Positions 55,398-64,000 of a stretch of 64,000 nt of DNA are shown in pieces; the stretch's first letter is position 1; every line of letters begins with the position of its first letter. Below the pieces are notes generated by a model. That model was not told the origin of the DNA. It worked only from the letters and a program-made list of their open reading frames with translations, and did not search any database. The position numbers and the translations under genes are program-made. This stretch comes from Octopus vulgaris (Eukaryota): the NCBI GenBank assembly GCA_951406725.2, contig OX597827.1:45260001-45324000 (forward strand). Reading direction: 5' to 3'.

Positions 55398-55810
55398 TAC
55401 TCTTTACTCTTTACTCTTTTACATGTTTCAGTCATTTGACTGCGGCCATGCTGGAGCACCGCCTTTAGTCGATCAAATCGACTCCGGGACTTATTCTTTG
55501 TAAGCCCAGTACTTATTCTATCGGTTCTTTTGCCGAACCGCTAAGTGACGGGGACGTAAACACACCAGCATCGGTTGTCAAGCAATGCTAGGGGTACAAA
55601 CACAGACACACAAACACATACACATACATACATATACATATATATACGACAGGCTTCTTTCAGTTTCCGTCTACCAAATCCAACCACAAGGCTTTGGTCG
55701 GCCCGGGGCTATAGCAGAAGACACTTGCCCAAGATGCCACGCAGTGGGAGTGAACCCAGAACCATGTGGTTGGTTAGCAAGCTACTTACCACACAGCCAC
55801 CCCTGCGCCT
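55398..55810 (-). mobile_element. SINE family A, full length
   Basis: High identity to 3481-3912. Confidence 0.9.
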
Positions 55811-56091
55811 ATATGATTTGTTTAGAGTGATTAAATGTTCGTGCCACTCATTAACTCACTCTCTACATCAAATCAAAGTTGCCTGAACGGGTGCACTGTG
55901 TACCACACGCCAGGTGTCGAAGTTACCGCAGGGCAACATGAGATGAAGTTTTTCGCTCAAGAACACAACGCACTACTCAGTCTAGGCATTGAAACCACGA
56001 TCTGGCGATCGTGAGTACAACACTCTAACCACTAGGCCATGCGCCTATAATAATAATAATGATGATAATGATGACGATGATGATGATGATG

Positions 56092-56132
<41 letters not shown>

Positions 56133-56133
<1 letters not shown>

Positions 56134-56376
56134 TACGCAAAATACTCTCTATGTAATCCCAAGGTTTAAAATAAACATTTTTTTATTTATTTTTATTTTT
56201 TTTTAATTCTTTTTTTTTTATTTATTTATTTTTTATTTTTATGTATTAGACATTCACCAGTACAACACAACCCCCCCCCAATATATGGCACAGAACTTCC
56301 AACCTGTTGTCTCTTGAGGTCTCTGGGTGAGACTTGGAGCCAACTTGTACAGACATAAAGCAAAAGTCAAACATAG
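56133..56376 (+). mobile_element. Short 3' stub of the same family as 36097-36520
   Basis: Shares ACGCAAAATACTCTCTATGTAATC and GGGTGAGACTTGGAG..GCAAAAGTCAAACATA with the 36.1-kb copy. (TAA)n flanks. Confidence 0.8.
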
Positions 56377-56954
56377 AATAATAATAATAATAATAATAAT
56401 AACAACAGATTCTTAGAAGGTAGCATGGCCAAGTGGAACACACGTCGCCTTCTAAACCATTATAATGGGATGAGCCAATCTAACAATCTAACAGGACGCT
56501 AGGTGTGTCTCAACAAGTGATTGTAACAAACATGCTGATTAAGAGTAAAAACAAGCAAATGGCCACCGATTTTGATTGTACTTATTTTTCTAGACCCAAG
56601 TAGAATGTAAAAATCATACTTTGCAGTATTTGAACCTAAAAGCTAAAGGGACTGAAATGAATATCGCAAGGTATTTTGTCCATCGCTCACAAGATTCCGG
56701 CAAACATCATCATGATGCCGCTGCTGCTGTTAACAAAAATAATGGTTTCAAATTTTCAGCAGTTTCGGGGTAGGGGGTAAGTCCTGTTACATCGACCCAA
56801 TGATTCAAATGGTACATATTTCTTATTTTATCGACCCAGTAAGGATGAAAGGCAAAGTAGACTTCAGGTTGTTGTAATCCACTAGCTCCCTCGCCGCATA
56901 AATTTCAAGCATGGCGACTGAGGTAGAAAAGGTTAATGATAACATCCAATATTA

Positions 56955-57350
56955 CGAGGTGCGTTCAAGATGTACCCCGCCAAAGCTGAAGCCGCATGAG
57001 CAAAATCCTTTGGATGAATGATGACGCTACCCTTCCTGCGAATACGTGAAAATTTTCGCACCTGTACGCTGCATCAGTTCCCGACCGTGAATCCTAGAAT
57101 ACAAACGTGTAGTTCGCGTTCGTAGGATTTTTGTTTTCATCAGACGTATCAAGCAGAGAGATATTGCATCAAGTATTGCCGAAAGCTTGGTCATACTCAA
57201 GCTCATACTATTCTGAATATGCATCATGCCTTTTGCGATGATGCCATGAGTAAAGCTTAGATCAAGGAGAGTTAAGAAAAGTGTTAAACCGATACAGCGT
57301 AGTACTAGCGTCATCAAAGACGTTGCTGTCTGAACGCAAACAACCGGAAG
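56955..57350 (+). mobile_element. 5' relic of a mariner element
   Basis: Starts TA|CGAGGTGCGTTCAA. Decayed N-terminal frame KQR.YCIKYCRKLGHTQAHTILNMHHAFCDDAMSKA resembles the mariner HTH start. Confidence 0.7.
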
Positions 57351-57411
57351 TGATTCACATGAAGAGTCTCGTCCGACTCTCTAGCATTTCCGCCAGTCCA
57401 TAGCCTTAGCT

Positions 57412-57600
57412 CATTCTCTTTTATCTTCTACTTGTCTCAGTCTGCGACCATGCTTGGGCAACGCTTTGAAGAATTTTAGTCGACCGAATCAACCGCAGTT
57501 CTTATTTTCAAACTTGGTACTTATTTTATTGGCCTCTAGGTGAACCGCTAAGTTATGTGAACGTAAACAAATCAACAATGGCTGTCAGGCGGTGGTAGGG

Positions 57601-57697
<97 letters not shown>

Positions 57698-57853
57698 TAC
57701 AACAGGCTTCTTTCAGCCTCCACCGACCAAATCCATTCACAAGGCTTTGGTCGGCCTGAGAGTTATAGTAAACGACCCTTGACCAAGGAACAATGCATTG
57801 GGACGGAACCCGGAACCATGTGCTTGGGAAGCCAACTTCTTAACACACAGCCA
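57412..57853 (-). mobile_element. SINE family A
   Basis: Colinear with 3481-3912, more diverged. Confidence 0.8.
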
Positions 57854-58299
57854 CGGTATATTTTTGTCGACCTCTAAAAGGATTAAAGAGTACTTTGACC
57901 TCGGCGTGATTTGAACTCAGATCGCAGAATATGGGAACATTTTATCCGACATTCTAACGATTCTGCCAGTTCTCTGCGTCTTCAGTTGGTACACCTGTAC
58001 CCCGTACTCAGTCAATTGAAATATTCACATTTAAATAATTTTGTCAATCTGCACACATTTTTCCATTGTAAACATTTTCCAGTTATGTAAAACACTATTT
58101 TTGTTTTATTTAAATGGCGTCATATATTACATAAGAAGGTCACGTGAACATCTATTTAGTAGCATATCGTATTCTTCACTTCCGGTAGGGTTGTCGCTGT
58201 TGTCTCAAGATAATCTAGTTTCTGATTATTTTTAAAAAACCGAACAATGGTTAATGATGGAAAAAAGAGAGGGGGAGAGAGGGGGAGAGATACGGAGAA

Positions 58300-58337
<38 letters not shown>

Positions 58338-58631
58338 ATGGAAGCGATAGACACTATATGAAAGGAGTTAGAGAATAAAAAAGGAGAGAGAGATGGAGAG
58401 AGAGTGAGAGGGTAGTTTGTAATAGCAACACAAACCAACATCAACAACAGCAGCAGCAACTACAACAACAAGACCAACAATCACTACTCTATTAAGGATT
58501 CGGTGAGAGAATTACCAAGTGGTCGCAGGACATGCAGGGAATAACAGACAAATAGGCCCCCAACTCACAACTTGTCTTCAAGAAAAAGAAGAATGTGGGC
58601 ACACGTAACAATGTAATCTTGGATGCATGTT

Positions 58632-58805
58632 TACTGTAGTAACAAGCTTGCTTCCCAACCATATGGTTTCAGGTTCAGTTCCAATGCGTGGTACTTTGGG
58701 CAGGTGTCTTCTACAATAGCTTCGGGCCGATTAAAACATTGAGTGGATTTGGTAGACATATATATATATATCTTTGGTGTATATACATACACACACACAC
58801 ACACG

Positions 58806-58872
<67 letters not shown>

Positions 58873-59126
58873 ACACATATATATATATATATACATACAT
58901 ACATATATAAGTGTGTGTGTGCGTGTGTATGTTTGTAACCTTCCACCGCTTAACAACTAGTATCGGTGTGTTTACATCTTCGTAACTTAGCGGTTTGATA
59001 CAAAACACCGACAGAATAAGCATCAAGCTTAAAGAGATAAATACTGAGGTTGATTCGTTCAGCTAAAAGTGTTCAAGGCGGTGCTCCAGCACGGCCGCTG
59101 TCTAATGACTGAAACAAGTAAAAGAA
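58632..59126 (+). mobile_element. SINE family A
   Basis: Colinear with the reverse complement of 3481-3912. Confidence 0.8.
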
Positions 59127-59222
59127 TATAAGACGACTGATAAACTGATGTGATGGTCAGGTTTGGAATGTAATTAGCCATGAATTTGAAGGGATTAGTG
59201 AAATAAATCGATCCGAGTACTT

Positions 59223-59441
59223 GTTTATTCTTTTATTCTTTTACATGTTTCGGTCATGTGACTGCGGCCATGCTGAAGCACCGCATTTAGTCGAACAAAT
59301 CGACCCCAGGACTTATTCTTTATAAGCCTAGTACCAAGGCTATAGTAGAAGACACTTAACCAAGATGCCACGCATTGGATCTGAACCCGAAACCATGTGG
59401 TTGGTAAGCAAGCTTTCTACCACACAGCCACTCCTGCGTCT
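59223..59441 (-). mobile_element. SINE family A with internal deletion
   Basis: GCCTAGTAC is joined directly to CAAGGCTATAGTAGAAG, skipping the microsatellite-containing middle. Confidence 0.8.
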
Positions 59442-60334
59442 ATGTTTGTTTATTGTTTTTAAAATTATGTACTACAGGCCTCTTTTGTAAAACAACCAAG
59501 TTACGGAGCCAAAAATAAACCAACACCGGTGCTAAGCAGTAAGGAGAAAAACACAAAGACGAGCGCGCACCTACACACATACACACACTCACACGCACAT
59601 ATATACACATATGTACATATTTTCATACATATATTTATACATGCATATACACATACATACATACATTGAATTCATGCATTCATATTAGCACCTATTGAAT
59701 CCTTCACCTACCACATTGGGCGAATGACATGTTCTTAGAGTCAACATTTATTCATTTGAGACTAATTCCTCTCTCCATCATTCATTTACTTCTAATCCAA
59801 ATAAAATGCAGTTAAATCCTTTGAGAAGAACCAGTGCATAGCTTTATTTTGAGATAGTAAACTGAAAATGTGGGTCGATAGAAGGAAAAAAAAATTATGA
59901 TAGAATATTCATGTTTAAAAATGGTTGAGAAACATCTGAATGAAGCTTCTATGCAGTATAGTTTGCTTATTTCTTAAGAATTTTTGGGAAAAAATTGTTT
60001 GAACTAAAAGATTTCAACGAAAGAAACCTAATTTTGAACAGCATGTCAGAGTTGTTTCAATAGAAGGTAAAAAGAAAAAAAAAGGATATTGAACAAAAAT
60101 TGTTTAATTAGAAGGGGAGTGATACCATGTGTTGTTTTAAAATTGCTAAAATAGTTTAAAACTGAAACTTAGTAAAATTAAGCCTTAGTAAAATTGAAAG
60201 AACTCAATAAGGAGGTTTAATTACTGAAACCGTGTCAATCGGTGCAGCAAAAAAAAAAAAAAAGCAAAAACAAAGCAAGTAGTGATCAAATTTGCCTGAT
60301 GTATTTAGACTAATATATCTCTGTGATTTATAAA

Positions 60335-60678
60335 TCTTTTATCTTTTAGTTGTTTCAGTCATTTGACTGCGACCATGCTGGGGCACCGCACTGATGAATT
60401 TTTAGTCAAATGAATCCATCCAAGTACTTGGATCGATTTATTCTATTGGTTACTTTTGCTGAACTGCTAAGTTATGGGCGTGTAAGCGCATCAACAGTAG
60501 GGGACAACCGATGCTGGTGTATTTATGTCACCGTAACTTAGCGGTTCGGCAAAAGAGACCGATAGAATAAGTACTAGGCTTACAAAGAATTAGTCCTGGG
60601 GTCGATTTGCTCGACTAAAAGCGGTGCTCCAGCATGGCCGTAGTCAAATGACTGAAACAAGTAAAAGAGTAAAGAGTA
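60335..60678. repeat. Two family A 3' halves fused head-to-head (imperfect palindrome)
   Basis: The left arm TTGTTTCAGTCATTTGACTGCGACCATGCTGG is the reverse complement of the right arm CCAGCATGGCCGTAGTCAAATGACTGAAACAAG. Confidence 0.85.
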
Positions 60679-61173
60679 TTATATTCTAAACAGAGAGAGA
60701 GAGAGAGGGGGGAGAGAGAAAGATGGAGAGAGAGAAAGATGGAGAGATAGAAGAGAGAGAGAGAGAGAGAGAAAGAGTAAAAGTGAAATACAGAATTAAC
60801 GTAAGGTGCAGTATGAGTGCATCTCATACTAGGCTTGGCTGCAGGAGGCGGAGGAAGGGGAGTAAACGACAGTGTAATTATGGGAGGAGCTATACAAATG
60901 AGAAATTAGCTTTATGTAATTTTATTCTAAAGTAATTAATATTTTCCTTTCGAAAATTAGTATCTTTTAAAATTTTTGCATAAGTACCAAGAAATTTGGT
61001 AAAAGTTGAACGATAATTATTGCATGTATGTCATATTTCCTGATGTTACCACACAGTGGCAAAAGAATACTTTAAAAGTTATCTGTCATATAGCGGGTAA
61101 AACTCTAGTAAGATATAGACATATTGCTCGAAAATCCTGGAAGAATTGGTTGAAAAAAAAAACATTTATTCAA

Positions 61174-61330
61174 GACGCGGGCGTGGATGTGTGGTAAGAA
61201 ACTTGCTTCTCAACCACATGGTTTCGGGTTCAGTCCCACAGCGTGTCACCTTGGGCAAGTGACTGCTATAGCCTTGGGCCGACCAAAGCCTTGTGAGTGA
61301 TTTTGTAGACTGAAACTGAAAGAAGCCCGT

Positions 61331-61388
<58 letters not shown>

Positions 61389-61636
61389 GTATATGTGTGT
61401 GTATCTATGAGTGTGTGCCTTTATGTCAATGTTTGTCCTCCCCCACCATCACCGCTAGACAACCGGTGCTGGTGTGTTTACGTCCCTGTAACTTAGCGGT
61501 TCGGCAAAAGTGACCGATAGAATAAGCACTAAGCTTTAAAGAAATAAATTTTGGAGGTCGATTTGTTCGACTAAAAACTCCTTCAAGGCGACGCTCCAGC
61601 GTGGCCGCAGTCAAATGACAGAATAAATACAAAGGA
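61174..61636 (+). mobile_element. SINE family A
   Basis: Full head, internal (TA)n(TG)n, and tail. Confidence 0.85.
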
Positions 61637-62390
61637 TAACAGAGTAAAAGGGATCGGCCAATGAACGAAAAAAGAAGACATATCGTGGGGCTGGAAGAAA
61701 GGGACACACGTCTTAAGATTAGCTTAGGGCGCTGAGTATCCATGATGGCATCGGACCTATGGCTCAGGATTAATTTTTTTTCAGTTGTAGCTATTGTGTT
61801 TTCAGGTTAAATATCTTAGTACTTGAACACTAATCATAAGGAATTAGACTTCCCATAACAGAGTTGGTGTGATCGATACGTCGTGTAGAAGTTCAATCCA
61901 TGAAGGGTATAATCAAAAACACAGAAAAATAACTTCCACGAACTTCGATTTTTAATTTGCAGAATTTATAGAAATTGTTGTCTGTCTAGCCAAATGGGAA
62001 GAGTATTGGAAACACCTCACCATCAGTCTCTGCAATGATCCGATAGATTATGGAACTCAACCATCACCATCTGCTGTGCTGATAGGTAAACTGTTGGTAG
62101 ATGGTGATGGTGATGGAAGTGGTGGGTATTGGTGATGGTGGTGGTGACGAAGGAGGTGGTTGGGATGTTGGGTGGTTGCCACACAAAACAGTGCTTCGAA
62201 TATAGACATTCCATCGCACACACCCACACACATACACAGATACCTACACCCGTACACACATACGTATGAATTATATATATGTATGAATATATGTGTCTAT
62301 ATATTCTTATACACGCACCAAATATACATACATTCGTATATGCGTATGAATATATCATACATGTGAATATGTTTGTATATATGTACATGC

Positions 62391-62483
<93 letters not shown>

Positions 62484-62528
62484 GCGAGAGAGATAGAGAG
62501 ATAGAGAGATACGTGTATCACACACATG

Positions 62529-62584
<56 letters not shown>

Positions 62585-62840
62585 CATATATATAAATGTA
62601 TTCATTTATATACGCAAACACACACGTACATATTCATATATGCCTCTCTGCATGTATATTTGAATACATATACATCCATATATTTATATATATTACAAAA
62701 GTTCCAAATATATTTAGGTATGTGTATATAGATGTACTCACATATATATACATAAATATGTATATACACATATATATATATGCATATACCAATGTACATA
62801 TATATGTATATTATATGTTTATATGTACACACACACACAC

Positions 62841-62878
<38 letters not shown>

Positions 62879-63677
62879 TTATATATGTGTGTGTGTGTGT
62901 GTGTTTATATATTTATACTTGCACACACACGCTCCTCTAACTGTTTTTGTTGCCAATGCCACCTCAGCGCTTCAGCTTCTACTGCCACAACCAAAACGCA
63001 TCACAACCACCACCACCACCACCACCGCCACAACCACCACCGCCACCACCACCACCGCCACCACCACCACTACCACCACCACCACCACCACCACCACCAC
63101 CACCACCACCACCGTCATCATCACCACCACCACCATCATCATCACTGCCATCACCAGCATCAGCACAATCGCTGCCGCCGCCGCCGCTGCCGCTGCCGCC
63201 ATTGCTATTGTTGCTGGTACTTCTTCCTCTTCTGTACCAGACACTGTTACCTACGTTGATGCCATTGTAGGCAAATACAAATATGGAGCGGTGTGGACAA
63301 CGGGAGAGAGAGAGAGAAGGCGGCGGCCTCTCGCTTGTAGTGTTATGTTTATAATATATGCAAGATTGTGTTTGCGTTCATGTGTATGTGTGCGTGTGTG
63401 TGTGCGCGTGTGTTGGTGTGTGTGTGTGTGTGTGTGTGTGCAGAGGGTTGTCTGTGTATTTGCTTCTCTTAACCCGAAATCGAACGCGGCCTAATTTGGT
63501 TGCCAAATAACTTTGTAATCTACTGGCAGAGGTGAAAATTGATTAAGATATCTGGTGATTGATTGATTTCAGCTCCTTCCACGTGTGTGCATGGACGTGT
63601 TTGTTTATATATATGTATATATTTATGTGTATATATATGTGTATATATGTGTATATACATATATATATATATATGTA

Positions 63678-63739
<62 letters not shown>

Positions 63740-63760
63740 TTTATAATTTATACACATATA

Positions 63761-63806
<46 letters not shown>

Positions 63807-63838
63807 CATAAACATAATATACATAGATACCCACATAA

Positions 63839-63875
<37 letters not shown>

Positions 63876-64000
63876 CGCGTGCGCGCAGACACACATATTT
63901 ATATTTATGTATAAAGATTGATGTTTACTGTTAAATGCATATATACATACATATACATATGTATATATAAACGAATGTATGTAATAATTATGTATGTATA

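Noticed and set aside
62780-63494. Poly-His/Pro/Thr/Ala ORFs resembling a transcription-factor low-complexity exon
   Set aside because: Open in several frames because of (ACC)n and (GCC)n, with no adjacent domain.

Overview
This is eukaryotic, AT-rich intergenic or intronic DNA saturated with microsatellites. The SINE and repeat style suggests an octopus or other coleoid cephalopod (inference, not database-confirmed). I found no credible host protein-coding exon; almost all ORFs in the track are translations of simple repeats. The only long coding region is a near full-length, recently inactivated L1/Tx1-clade LINE (about 8566-14425, +) embedded in (TATC)n. Other contents: four tRNA-headed SINE families (my labels A-D), 3' stubs of R4/Dong-like LINEs in (TAA)n, three mariner relics, two Helitron-type elements, a hAT MITE, Penelope-like stubs with inverted repeats and minimal hammerhead-ribozyme motifs, and two tandem duplications. 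Best leads: (1) a SINE subfamily that carries the Tx1 LINE's 3' stem-loop tail and repeatedly sits in or next to copies of its own family; (2) apparent partitioning of microsatellite targets among retroelement clades; (3) several hammerhead motifs, two with a U4C core; (4) three perfect CRE palindromes plus an ETS site at 47.07-47.26 kb. All coordinates and counts were read by eye, and the edges of degenerate repeats are approximate.
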